This document shows positions 1 to 9,381 of a DNA stretch of 64,000 nt, in pieces; the first letter of the stretch is position 1, and each line of letters starts with the position of its first letter. The stretch lies in contig CACZAH010000004.1 of the NCBI GenBank assembly GCA_902779035.1, positions 12,452 to 76,451 on the forward strand. The letters run 5' to 3'. A model generated the notes under the pieces. It did not search any database and was not told the DNA's origin. It saw nothing but the letters and a program-made list of their open reading frames with translations. Both the position numbers and the translations under genes were made by a program. The DNA comes from an uncultured Erysipelotrichaceae bacterium. Lineage in GTDB: Bacteria > Bacillota_I > Bacilli_A > RF39 > UBA660.

Positions 1-680
1 ATAAAAAGATTGAAATGTTAGAATCTAGAGCTCAAAGATTAAATGATTATCAGTTTAAAAAACTTGTTTATAAAAATTCACTAGGTACTGATTTTAGCGT
101 AGAGTTACCTCTAAATCACGTTTGGGAATCAGGTAGACAAAAATTAAAAGATGGAAAAGAAATCTTATGCAATTTTCCAACAGAAGAAGTATTTACCTCT
201 CCTGATTACCGTACTGCAGAGGGAGTTGTATATGCATCTAAACCACTAAGTTATCAAGATAATATAATTGAAAACTTTAGTGTTAGATTTGAAGGTGGTA
301 AAGCAGTAGAAGTTAAAGCAGAAAAAGGAGAAGATACTTTAAAAGCACTTATTAAAACATGTGATAATGCAGATTACTTGGGTGAGGTCGCTTTAGTTGA
401 ATATGCTTCTGCAATATCAGCCTCAGGCATGGTATTCCTAGAAACATTATTTGATGAAAATGCGGCATGCCATATTGCTTTAGGCGATTCATTTCCTGAG
501 TGCATTCAAAATGGGCCTAATAAATCTAAAGATGAACTATATAAATTGGGATTAAATAAATGTGATAATCATGTTGACTTTATGATAGGTACTAGTGATT
601 TATCTATCACTGGAATAACACATGACAATAAAGAAATTAAAATATTTGAAAATGGGAACTTTGTAAATGAGTTTAAATAG
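1..680 (+). CDS. M29-family (AmpS/PepS-like) aminopeptidase, C-terminal part; the 5' end lies upstream of the window
   Basis: The reading frame of ORF 15..680 is open to the window edge. Motifs EVALVEY, DENAACHIALG and HVDFMIGT match my recollection of M29 aminopeptidases. TAG stop at 678-680. Confidence 0.65.
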   Translation, partial: KKIEMLESRAQRLNDYQFKKLVYKNSLGTDFSVELPLNHVWESGRQKLKDGKEILCNFPTEEVFTSPDYRTAEGVVYASKPLSYQDNIIENFSVRFEGGKAVEVKAEKGEDTLKALIKTCDNADYLGEVALVEYASAISASGMVFLETLFDENAACHIALGDSFPECIQNGPNKSKDELYKLGLNKCDNHVDFMIGTSDLSITGITHDNKEIKIFENGNFVNEFK

Positions 681-712
681 AAACTAAAGACATATAATTA
701 ATTAGGTGGTTT

Positions 713-1534
713 ATGAAAAAAGTATTTGAATACATTGCCTTAATTAGTTTGTTAATCTTTAGTTTTTTTTTGACAGATAAAACATCTATGATAATTAAAA
801 ACATGGATGAGATAATGATTATGATTAAAGATAATAAAAAGAAATATGAAACTAAGGGGATTAATGCAATTATTAATGATAAATATATTATTCCTGGTAT
901 TAGTAAAAAAAAAGTTAATATTAATAAAAGTTATAATAATATGAAGGAGTATGGTAAATATAATCCTAATTTATTTATCTACGATTGTATTAAACCTAGC
1001 ATAAGTATTAGTAATAATAAAGATTATATTATAAATAGTGGTAATAAATTAAAAAGAATGGTGAGTATTAATTTTATATTAGATGATATTACTTGTTTAG
1101 ATGATATTATTACTATTTTAGATAATAATAAAGTATCTAGTACTTTCTTTGTAGATGAAGATTTTCTATCTAATAATTTAGAGTTAGTATATAACCTAAT
1201 TAATAAAGGATATATAATAGGTATAAGTAATAATAAAAGTAATTATAAATGGATGGATACTATTATTACTAAAGTAGGTAAGCAGAATAATATCTATTGT
1301 TTATATACTAGTGATAAGGTAGTAAAAAAGTGCATGAGTATAGATGGATACACTATTAAAGGAGAGAATATAGATAATAACTATTTTCGCAATATAAAGA
1401 AGAATTTAAGTAGTGGTTCAATATATACTTTAAATATTAATAATGAACTAGTTAATAATTTAGATGTTATTTTAAAGTTTATAATGAAAAAAGGATATAA
1501 GATAGAAAATATTGATAAGCATTTTGAGGAATGA
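713..1534 (+). CDS. Membrane-anchored protein, possibly a divergent NodB/polysaccharide-deacetylase-like fold
   Basis: RBS taggtgg lies upstream of the ATG. N-terminal hydrophobic anchor IALISLLIFSFFL. The segment INFILDD...STFFVDEDF...GYIIGISNN loosely resembles a NodB domain, but the expected His ligands are not evident. Confidence 0.3.
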   Translation: MKKVFEYIALISLLIFSFFLTDKTSMIIKNMDEIMIMIKDNKKKYETKGINAIINDKYIIPGISKKKVNINKSYNNMKEYGKYNPNLFIYDCIKPSISISNNKDYIINSGNKLKRMVSINFILDDITCLDDIITILDNNKVSSTFFVDEDFLSNNLELVYNLINKGYIIGISNNKSNYKWMDTIITKVGKQNNIYCLYTSDKVVKKCMSIDGYTIKGENIDNNYFRNIKKNLSSGSIYTLNINNELVNNLDVILKFIMKKGYKIENIDKHFEE

Positions 1535-1583
1535 TATTGAAAAAAATCGGTATTTATGATATAAGTAATAGTAGGGTGAGTAT

Positions 1584-2246
1584 ATGACAAAAATATATTT
1601 ATTAAGACATTCTATGGCAGATAAAAATGTTGATTTTAGAAATTTAAAAGAATCATTTGAAAATATAAATAAGAAATATATATTAAGTGTGGAGGGGGAA
1701 AAGAAAGCGCAAAAATATAGTGAGATTTCTGAGTTAAATAATCTTAATATGGTTATTTCTAGCAACTATGTAAGGAGTATTGCAACAGCTAAATATATGG
1801 CTATGAAAAATAAAACTAAAGTAATAGTAGATGCTAGTTTTGACGAGAGAAAGTTTGGAGTAGATGATCCAGAGAAAATACCTGCCGATTTCTTTAAAAA
1901 ACAGTTTATTAATCAAGAATATAAATTAAAGTATGGTGAGTCTTTTGATGAAGTAAGGGCTCGGGCTATAAGAGGATTAGCTAAGGTATTAAAGAAAAAT
2001 ATTGGTAAGAATGCTTTAATAGTTACCCATTCATCAACTATTACATTTTTACTATCTAAATGGTGTGAAGTAGATTATAATACTAAGTATATAGTTAGAT
2101 ATAAAGGTAAGACTATAATAAATGGATTTACTACTCCAGATTTAATAGAATTAACATTTAATGATAAAAATAAATTAGAAGGTATTAGAAGAGTAGTTGT
2201 AACAAATAAAAAGAATGATAATAAAAAGAAGAGTAAGAGGAAGTAA
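1584..2246 (+). CDS. Histidine phosphatase (phosphoglycerate-mutase-like) family protein
   Basis: IYLLRHSMAD (RHG-type catalytic motif) near the N-terminus and LIVTHSSTI (second catalytic His). RBS gggtgag upstream. Confidence 0.7.
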   Translation: MTKIYLLRHSMADKNVDFRNLKESFENINKKYILSVEGEKKAQKYSEISELNNLNMVISSNYVRSIATAKYMAMKNKTKVIVDASFDERKFGVDDPEKIPADFFKKQFINQEYKLKYGESFDEVRARAIRGLAKVLKKNIGKNALIVTHSSTITFLLSKWCEVDYNTKYIVRYKGKTIINGFTTPDLIELTFNDKNKLEGIRRVVVTNKKNDNKKKSKRK

Positions 2247-2249
2247 TAA

Positions 2250-2972
2250 ATGGACAAGCGTGGTTTAAAAACAAGTTTAGTAGTATCTATTGTGGTAATG
2301 TGTATATTATGTATTTATTTAATATTCTATATTACTTCACAGTATGAACATAATACTAATCAAAATGATAATAAAATTGTTGAAAATAGTAATAGTGCGG
2401 ATGTATTGCTTTTAGAAAGATATGTTGATGCATTTAATAGTAATTGTGTAGATATGAAACCATTTTATACTGGCAAAATATTAATTAGTGATATAGATAG
2501 TAATATTAAACTAACTACGGTATTAAATATGGTAAATAATTATAATAAAAAATATGTAGAAAACGAGTATAAAGTAATATTTAATGAAGATATTGATGTT
2601 ACTAAGGTAACTGGTACTTGCCCTAAGATTAGTTATGATAATAGTAAGGTAACTAAACTAGATTGTACTTGTAAAACTAAAAGTGGAGTAGTTACTAAGT
2701 TTGTTAAGTCAATAAAAAGTGAAGAAAGTGTAAAATTATATTATAAAGTTGCATTTTATTCATCGAAGAAATATTTAGGTAATGAATCTAGAATGTTTTC
2801 GAAAGATGCAAGTGGTAGGGAAGTAATAGATTCTAGAGTATTAAGTAAAGATATTAAAGAAATAGATTATCAAGAATATTTAAATAATAATTATAATGAT
2901 TTTTATACATATATATATACATTTAAGAAAAACAATGGTAATTATTATTTTCATAGTATAAGTAAGGAGTAA
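2250..2972 (+). CDS. Hypothetical single-pass membrane protein
   Basis: TM segment LVVSIVVMCILCIYLIFYI after a short basic N-terminus. It starts 3 nt after the previous stop and ends 4 nt before the giant surface-protein gene, so it is likely co-transcribed. No family recognised. Confidence 0.5.
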   Translation: MDKRGLKTSLVVSIVVMCILCIYLIFYITSQYEHNTNQNDNKIVENSNSADVLLLERYVDAFNSNCVDMKPFYTGKILISDIDSNIKLTTVLNMVNNYNKKYVENEYKVIFNEDIDVTKVTGTCPKISYDNSKVTKLDCTCKTKSGVVTKFVKSIKSEESVKLYYKVAFYSSKKYLGNESRMFSKDASGREVIDSRVLSKDIKEIDYQEYLNNNYNDFYTYIYTFKKNNGNYYFHSISKE

Positions 2973-2976
2973 GATT

Positions 2977-5900
2977 ATGCTTAAGAAAAATAATATAAAA
3001 AAAATCAAAAATAAGAGATTTAAATTATCAAAGAAAATGATATTGATTATATTACCTGTAGTAGTAATTTTAGGTGTTATTGCACTAATAACAACTGGAA
3101 GTCTATCTAAATTAATGGGTAATTCTATAACTAGTTATCATTGTATTGATGATACGTGGAAATTAGAAGGAACTACTTGTTCAAAAACTACTACTAAGAA
3201 AGCAGAGTTATTTGCAGATATAAATCAAGATAGTAAAATAGATAATAGTGATTTGGAACTTTTAAATTATTATATAGAGAATAATAATAAAGCTGATTAT
3301 ACAATATTATCAAATATTCAGTTAGTATTAGCAGATATTAATGGTGATGGAACTATCGATAATTTTGATTCTGGGATGCTAGAGTACTATATTACCAACC
3401 CTGATAAGCAAAGTAAAGATATGGTATGTGAGAAGGGATTTAAATTAAATGGGCCTAATTGTGAGCTAGAAGAGAAAATACCTGCTGAGGTTGATGATAA
3501 TTCAGTTGGAGCTAGTAATAATCAAGTTGTTTCATTTGGTTATGCGAATTTTTATAAAACATATGTTGGAAATACAAATGTATATGTGGAAACTTCGATT
3601 CCGTCTGAAATTGTTTCAGAATATATTGGTACATTAAATAAGTTAAACACTGAATATTCTGGATATCTTACTTCAGTTTCAAATTTGTTTTTAATACCGA
3701 ATAAAATTTATGCAGAGGTAGAGGGCGATTCTGGTGGAGTAAGCCTACCAGCTATAAATAGTATTTTTATTATGGTATATGATAATTGTTGTGGTGATGG
3801 CTCTTGGGTTAAACAAACTATACGACATGAAACCGGACATAGAATAGATGATGCGACTAATAAAGTAATAGGCACACCATTATTTGAGATGCAATATAAT
3901 GGTCATAATATAAAGTATTATACAGAAAAATATTATAAGGCTAAATTATGTGATGGTGATTTTTGCTTAAGGTATGCTCCTCACCAAGGTGATTACAGTT
4001 ATGGAGAATCGTACTGGGAATTTTTTGCAGATGTATTTGCGTCTTTTGATGCTCCTGCGCTTAAAGTAAATGATGAGTTGAAAATCGTAAGGGATGAAGT
4101 AAAACAAAAATTTCACGATATATATAGTAAAAATTCAGACAAATTTAAGGAGATACAAAATAAGTATAAAAATATTTACATGATTAATTATTCTACTGAT
4201 AGTGGATATGGAAATATGAAACCACAAATAGCTGTATATAATGAATCTACAAAGATTAATTCGAATGTTTTTTCAAAGGATAACTATGATTTTGATGGTT
4301 GGAAAGTAGAAAGAAGCAATGGCACTTGGCTTTGCTACACTGATGCGAATAAGATAAATATAAGTTGGACAAATGAATCATTTTGTAAAAAATATGACTA
4401 TGTTCGACTTAAGGATGGTGCGAATGTAACTGCACTTACCCAACCAGATAGGTATGTAACTCTTCATGCTACGTGGAAAAAAATTACCAATGAACAGACT
4501 AGTTTAATTAATTATGTAGTAGTAAATGATGATAATACGTATAAAACAATAGCAACTCAGAAAGTACCATTTGGTACAAGTAGTTTAAAACCTTATAGTT
4601 ATAAAAGTAATTTAAAATTTGCAGGATGGCATGCAAAACGAAGTGATGGATATGGCTATTGTTATGTTGATTCAGATAAAAAGAAGGCTAGCTGGGTTAA
4701 TCAAAGCACTTGTAATCTATATGATTATGAATTATTAAAAGATCAACAGCCATTTTATAATTATAGTACAAATTATTCATATACTTTAGAAGCACAGTTT
4801 GTTGATTATTATACAATTAATTATGTTATAAAAAACAGTGATAATACATATAAGACAATTGCAACTCAGAAAACATCACTTGGTTCTACTAATCTAAAGC
4901 CATATAATGATAAAAATAAATCTAATTTTATAGGTTGGTATGCTAAGCGAGATGATGGTGCAGGATATTGTTATACAGATTATAACAAAAATGCTACAGG
5001 ATGGTTAGAATATCATAGCTGCAACAAAAATGGTTATGTATTAATGTTAGATCAGCAAGAATTTTGGAATGGCGATCAAGCTTTCAAAGAATTTACATTA
5101 GAAGCACAATTTAATAATTATAAATTGGATGTTAAATTTGATGGAAATGGTGCAACTTCAGGAACTATGTATGCAAAAAAAATTGACAGTAGTAATTGTA
5201 ACTATACTGCTCCTTGGGTAAATTATGATAAGAAAGATTATGGATTTTTAGGCTGGTATGCAAAACGAGTAGATGGTCTCGAATTCTGCAATAGTAGTTC
5301 TGATATAAATTCACCAGGTATGTGGGCAGATAAAAACACTTGTAATCATTATGGACGTAAATTAATTCGTGAGTATGACAGAATAAATTTGTGTAATTTA
5401 AATGCTAATGTAACATTCGTTGCTCAGTGGACAAAAAATTATGAAGTTTATTTTGACGCCAATGGTGGAACCGGCAAAATGGATCCACAAAATATATTAT
5501 ATGGAACTGAAATGGCGCTAAATCCAAATAATTTTAAAAAAGAACGATATAAATTTATAGGTTGGAATGCAAAAGCACCTTATGCTATTCAAGAATCATG
5601 GTATTGCACTACAAGTAAAAATTCTACTAAATATGAATGGATAACTAAAGATAAGTGTGTGCAAAAAAAATTATTTAAGGATAAAGAGAAAGTAAAAAAT
5701 ATTGTATGGCCCGGTGAGACTGTAGTAATGTATGCACAGTGGACAGATGAGAATTCAATAAAATTTGATGGAAATGGTGCAACTAAGGGAAGCATGAAAT
5801 CTTATAATTATCATACAGCTGGAGAATGCGGTATGAACTCATTACCAAGTAATAAATTTGAAAATAAAGGTTATGGATTTTGGGGATGGTATGCTGATAC

Positions 5901-7386
5901 AGAGGATGGCCGCGGTTATTGCTATACAAGTTATGATAAAACTGATGCTGCTTGGAGTGACAAAAATGCCTGCTCCCGATTTGGTCATAAATTGATTGAT
6001 AATCATTCATCATATAATCGTGCAGGAATATGCAAAGTAAATAGTAATGTAATTTTAAAGGCTCAGTGGGCAAATACTTTTACATTAAAATTTGATGGAA
6101 ATGGCGCAACTAAAGGAAGTATGAAAGACCAAAAAATAGTTTATGGAGTACCGACAAGTATTCATAGTAATGAATTTAAAAAAACAGGCTATGTATTTTT
6201 GGGATGGAATGCAAAAAGGGATGATGGCAAAGGTTACTGCTATACAAATAGTGCAAAGACAAAAAAGGCATGGTCTAGTAAAGAAACGTGTAGAAGATTT
6301 GGCTACTATTTATATAAGGATGGATTAAAAGTAAAAGACACAGCAAATATTGGCGGTTATACAACAATGGTTGCAGTATGGACAAATACATTTACATTAA
6401 AATTTGATGGAAATGGTGCAACAAAAGGCAGTATGAAGGATCAAGAAATAGTTTATGGAGTACCGACAAGTATTACTCACGTTGGTTTTGAAAAAGCTGG
6501 ATATGCATTTTTAGGCTGGCAGGCAAAAAGGGATGATGGCAAAGGTTATTGTTATACAAATAGCGCAAAGACAAAAAGGGCATGGTCTAGTAAAGAAACG
6601 TGTAGAAGATTTAGCTATTACCTATATAAGGATGGATTAAAAGTAAAAGACACAGCAAATATTGGCGGTTATACAACAATGGTTGCAATATGGACAAATA
6701 CGTATACACTAAAATTTGATGGAAATGGTGCAACCAAAGGAAGTATGAAAGACCAAGAATTAGTTTATGGAATACGGACAAAGATACGTCGAAATGAATT
6801 TAAAAAGACAGGTTATGCGTTTGATGGATGGCACGCAGAAAGATCAGATGGTAAGTGGTACTGTTACACTGATTCAACGAAAAAGAAACATAGTTGGTCA
6901 ACTAAAAGTACTTGTGAAAAATACGACTATTATCTATATAAAAATGAAATGAATGTAACAAACACTGCAGAACCTGGTAGTTATACAACGTTGCATGCTA
7001 AATGGAGCAAAGCTAAATGTACACAGTATGAATGTCCAAAAGGTTCTACATCTAAAGGCGGAGAATGCTTTGAAACAAATATTAGTTTTTCGAAAGTATC
7101 TAAGGTTAAGGACTGTGTGTGTCCTGCTAATACTACAAAACATGCTGGTGAGTGTTTTACAACTGAAACTAAAAATGTGTGGGTAAAAAAGCAAAATGGT
7201 GATTGCCCAAGTGGAGCTGTAAAACATGGAGGGGAATGTTTCAAAAAAGAAACAAGAGAAGTTCACGTTAATAAAATTTGTAGTCAGGTGTGTCCTAAAG
7301 GTACTGAGGAGCATGTAGGAACATGTTATAAAAAGACAACTAAAGATGTACATGTTAGTAAAGTTTGTACCAAGTATTCAAGTTAA
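2977..7386 (+). CDS. Giant (1469 aa) membrane/surface-anchored multidomain protein: dockerin-like repeats, M34-like zinc-metallopeptidase core, nine extended Listeria-Bacteroides-type repeat modules and a Cys-hairpin tail
   Basis: RBS aaggag upstream. N-terminal TM segment ILIILPVVVILGVIALI. Two dockerin/EF-hand-like segments (DINQDSKIDNSDLELLNYYI, DINGDGTIDNFDSGMLEYYI; about nt 3214-3400). HETGH at 3826-3840 and WEFFADVF at 4015-4038, the same pattern as HEFGH...EFFAEAF of anthrax lethal factor/PPEP-type M34 peptidases. Repeated FDGNGATxGxM...GYxFxGW modules. Four CPxGxxxxxGxC[FY] units at the C-terminus. Confidence 0.85.
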   Translation: MLKKNNIKKIKNKRFKLSKKMILIILPVVVILGVIALITTGSLSKLMGNSITSYHCIDDTWKLEGTTCSKTTTKKAELFADINQDSKIDNSDLELLNYYIENNNKADYTILSNIQLVLADINGDGTIDNFDSGMLEYYITNPDKQSKDMVCEKGFKLNGPNCELEEKIPAEVDDNSVGASNNQVVSFGYANFYKTYVGNTNVYVETSIPSEIVSEYIGTLNKLNTEYSGYLTSVSNLFLIPNKIYAEVEGDSGGVSLPAINSIFIMVYDNCCGDGSWVKQTIRHETGHRIDDATNKVIGTPLFEMQYNGHNIKYYTEKYYKAKLCDGDFCLRYAPHQGDYSYGESYWEFFADVFASFDAPALKVNDELKIVRDEVKQKFHDIYSKNSDKFKEIQNKYKNIYMINYSTDSGYGNMKPQIAVYNESTKINSNVFSKDNYDFDGWKVERSNGTWLCYTDANKINISWTNESFCKKYDYVRLKDGANVTALTQPDRYVTLHATWKKITNEQTSLINYVVVNDDNTYKTIATQKVPFGTSSLKPYSYKSNLKFAGWHAKRSDGYGYCYVDSDKKKASWVNQSTCNLYDYELLKDQQPFYNYSTNYSYTLEAQFVDYYTINYVIKNSDNTYKTIATQKTSLGSTNLKPYNDKNKSNFIGWYAKRDDGAGYCYTDYNKNATGWLEYHSCNKNGYVLMLDQQEFWNGDQAFKEFTLEAQFNNYKLDVKFDGNGATSGTMYAKKIDSSNCNYTAPWVNYDKKDYGFLGWYAKRVDGLEFCNSSSDINSPGMWADKNTCNHYGRKLIREYDRINLCNLNANVTFVAQWTKNYEVYFDANGGTGKMDPQNILYGTEMALNPNNFKKERYKFIGWNAKAPYAIQESWYCTTSKNSTKYEWITKDKCVQKKLFKDKEKVKNIVWPGETVVMYAQWTDENSIKFDGNGATKGSMKSYNYHTAGECGMNSLPSNKFENKGYGFWGWYADTEDGRGYCYTSYDKTDAAWSDKNACSRFGHKLIDNHSSYNRAGICKVNSNVILKAQWANTFTLKFDGNGATKGSMKDQKIVYGVPTSIHSNEFKKTGYVFLGWNAKRDDGKGYCYTNSAKTKKAWSSKETCRRFGYYLYKDGLKVKDTANIGGYTTMVAVWTNTFTLKFDGNGATKGSMKDQEIVYGVPTSITHVGFEKAGYAFLGWQAKRDDGKGYCYTNSAKTKRAWSSKETCRRFSYYLYKDGLKVKDTANIGGYTTMVAIWTNTYTLKFDGNGATKGSMKDQELVYGIRTKIRRNEFKKTGYAFDGWHAERSDGKWYCYTDSTKKKHSWSTKSTCEKYDYYLYKNEMNVTNTAEPGSYTTLHAKWSKAKCTQYECPKGSTSKGGECFETNISFSKVSKVKDCVCPANTTKHAGECFTTETKNVWVKKQNGDCPSGAVKHGGECFKKETREVHVNKICSQVCPKGTEEHVGTCYKKTTKDVHVSKVCTKYSS
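4176..7014 (+). repeat. Nine tandem ~100-104-aa coding modules (Listeria-Bacteroides/Flg_new-like repeat with an inserted GW-x-AKR-DG-x-GYCYT...W...C loop)
   Basis: A recurring pattern is visible in the translation: xxxxFDGNG(A/G)T-G-M ... GY-F-GW-AK..DG.GYCYT....K..W.....C ... (A/V)(Q/V/I)W(T/A)N. Confidence 0.8.
6079..6702 (+). repeat. Two near-identical 312-bp tandem units (6079-6390 and 6391-6702); a third, more diverged unit lies at 6703-7014
   Basis: Direct DNA comparison shows the second halves of units A and B are almost identical (ggcaaaggtta.tg.tatacaaatag.gcaaagacaaaaa.ggcatggtctagtaaagaaacgtgtagaagattt...). The protein units differ at only a few residues. Confidence 0.9.
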
Positions 7387-7404
7387 TGATAAAAGAATAG
7401 ACAG

Positions 7405-7440
7405 GAAAACCCAAAAAAAAATAATTTTTAGGGTTTTTTC
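7405..7440 (+). terminator. Rho-independent terminator after the giant surface-protein gene
   Basis: Hairpin gaaaacccaaaaaa / ttttttagggttttt (GC core ccc:ggg plus A:T extension) followed by a T-rich tail. Confidence 0.65.
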
Positions 7441-7549
7441 TTTGAATCAAAAAAGGAAATTATAAATTAATTTCCGCAATGAAAAATAAAAATAAAAAAG
7501 CCCATTTCCACGATATAATTAAATTATAATATAAAAGATATAACATACA

Positions 7550-7924
7550 TTGCCCGGATATATAATAATGGCTGCAAAATGTGGAACATGTGAAACTCAG
7601 TATTCATGTGATAACGGTAAGTTATTAGGAAATGGTTCAGATTCATATTGTTTAGTTGATTATGGTGCTGTTACAAAATATTTAGTTAGGAATTATTGTC
7701 CTAATGGAATGCAGAAACTAGATGAAACAAAATGTTCATATATATCATATACAATTATTCTAGGAACAAAAATATATGAGTGTCTAAAAGGTGGAAAAGC
7801 TTCTGGAAATAAATGTTATGTAGATACTAAAAAGGAATATGAATATAAATGTAACAAAGGATATAATCTTAATGGTCGCTGTTATGATAGGGTTAAGCCG
7901 CGGAAAAAGCAGGTATGTTCATAA
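7550..7924 (+). CDS. Small Cys-rich protein made of the same Cys-hairpin motif as the giant protein tail; start uncertain (TTG 7550 or ATG 7568) and no signal peptide
   Basis: Units CDNGKLLGNGSDSYC, CPNGMQKLDETKC, CLKGGKASGNKCY and CNKGYNLNGRCY resemble the CPKGSTSKGGECF-type units at 7015-7383. No convincing RBS. Confidence 0.4.
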   Translation: MPGYIIMAAKCGTCETQYSCDNGKLLGNGSDSYCLVDYGAVTKYLVRNYCPNGMQKLDETKCSYISYTIILGTKIYECLKGGKASGNKCYVDTKKEYEYKCNKGYNLNGRCYDRVKPRKKQVCS

Positions 7925-7950
7925 AATAGTTTATAATAACATATAATATA

Positions 7951-8247
7951 ATGGTGATTGTATTGAATAGTATTAGTGTAGACGATTTAAGATGTCTTGG
8001 TAGTATTAATATTATTGATATAAGAAGTGAAGAAAAATATAATGATAATCATATATTAAATGCTTATAATATTCCATATAATAAATTAATTAACAATCCT
8101 GAAAGATATTTAGATAGAGATAATACATATTATATATATTGTCAGAAAGGAATAAAGAGTACACAAGTATGTAATATTCTGCATATAAAAGGATTTAATG
8201 TGATTAATATTATTGGTGGATATGAAGCATGGGTTTTAACAGAATAA
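7951..8247 (+). CDS. Single-domain rhodanese-like sulfurtransferase
   Basis: 98 aa. IIDIRSEEKYNDNHILNAYNIP, the active-site loop YCQKGIKS and GGYEAW are typical of a rhodanese domain. Confidence 0.8.
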   Translation: MVIVLNSISVDDLRCLGSINIIDIRSEEKYNDNHILNAYNIPYNKLINNPERYLDRDNTYYIYCQKGIKSTQVCNILHIKGFNVINIIGGYEAWVLTE

Positions 8248-8262
8248 TTTGTTCTGTTTTTT
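8238..8262 (+). terminator. Rho-independent terminator
   Basis: aacagaa-taatttg-ttctgtt followed by ttttc; overlaps the rhodanese stop codon. Confidence 0.6.
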
Positions 8263-8307
8263 CTTGCTTTAATTAGATATTTCGCTTATAATTAAGTTGG
8301 TGATAAA

Positions 8308-9381
8308 ATGGAGTATGTAATAATTGGTATATTAGTTGTAATACTTATTTTAGTTGTAATATTAATCATGAGAAAAAATAACAATAGTGATTTAGTTGAT
8401 AAAATTAATAGATTAGAGTTAGAAGTAGTGAAAGAGATTAGTGACTTTAAAAGTGATTTTATTAAAGATATTGGTGAAGACTTTGATAAGTTAAATGATA
8501 GAATAGACACTAGATTAAATATTATGAATGATAAGGTTAATTCTAGACTTGATGAGAACTTTGAAAGAACTAATAAAACTTTTACTAATGTACTTGAAAG
8601 ATTATCTAAGATTGATGAAGCACAGAAGAAGATTGATAGTTTATCTAGCGATATTGTATCGCTTCAGGGAGTATTAACTGATAAGAAAACAAGAGGTATA
8701 TTTGGTGAGGTTAACTTGGAGCACATCTTATCTAATATATTTGGAGTAAATAATAAAACTATATATCAAATTCAGTATAGTTTACCTAATGGTTATATTG
8801 CAGATTGTATGTTGTTTGCTCCGGAACCTTTAGGTATGATTGCGATAGATTCTAAGTTTCCACTTGAAAATTATCAAATAATGGTTGATAAGAATAATAG
8901 TGCGAGTGTGCGTGCACAAGCAGAGAAGCAGTTTAAGCTGGATATGAAGAAACATATTGATGCAATTAGTAGTAAGTATATAGTACCAGGATTAACTAGT
9001 GAACAAGCTATTATGTTTTTGCCTGCGGAAGCATTATTTGCTGAGGTTAATGCATACCACTCAGATATTCTAGATTATGCTTATAAGAAAAAAGTGTGGA
9101 TAACAAGTCCCACTACACTAATTAGTACATTAACTACAATTCAAGTAATTATTAAAAACATAGAACGTGATAAGTATGCTAAAGTAATTCATAATGAGTT
9201 AATACTATTGGATACTGAATTTAAAAGATATAAAGAACGTTGGGATAAACTTTATAGAAGCATTGAAACAGTTAGTAAGGATGTTAAAGATATTCATACT
9301 ACTACAGATAAGATTACAAAGAGATTTAATAGTATTAATCAAGTAGAAATGGATAATAAGGAGATTGAGTATGAAGGATAA
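8308..9381 (+). CDS. rmuC: DNA recombination protein RmuC
   Basis: N-terminal TM segment followed by coiled coil. RGIFGEVNLEHIL and IAIDSKFPLENY...MFLPAEALFAEV match the RmuC family. Confidence 0.85.
   Translation: MEYVIIGILVVILILVVILIMRKNNNSDLVDKINRLELEVVKEISDFKSDFIKDIGEDFDKLNDRIDTRLNIMNDKVNSRLDENFERTNKTFTNVLERLSKIDEAQKKIDSLSSDIVSLQGVLTDKKTRGIFGEVNLEHILSNIFGVNNKTIYQIQYSLPNGYIADCMLFAPEPLGMIAIDSKFPLENYQIMVDKNNSASVRAQAEKQFKLDMKKHIDAISSKYIVPGLTSEQAIMFLPAEALFAEVNAYHSDILDYAYKKKVWITSPTTLISTLTTIQVIIKNIERDKYAKVIHNELILLDTEFKRYKERWDKLYRSIETVSKDVKDIHTTTDKITKRFNSINQVEMDNKEIEYEG

Noticed and set aside
5589-7353. Several ORFs on both strands nested in the giant gene (for example 5783..6073 -, 6143..6328 +, 6767..6952 +, 6934..7353 -, 6981..7244 -, 6995..7186 +)
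   Set aside because: All are embedded in the 1469-aa ORF, whose repeat periodicity and motifs define the true frame. The nested ORFs recur only because the underlying DNA is repeated.
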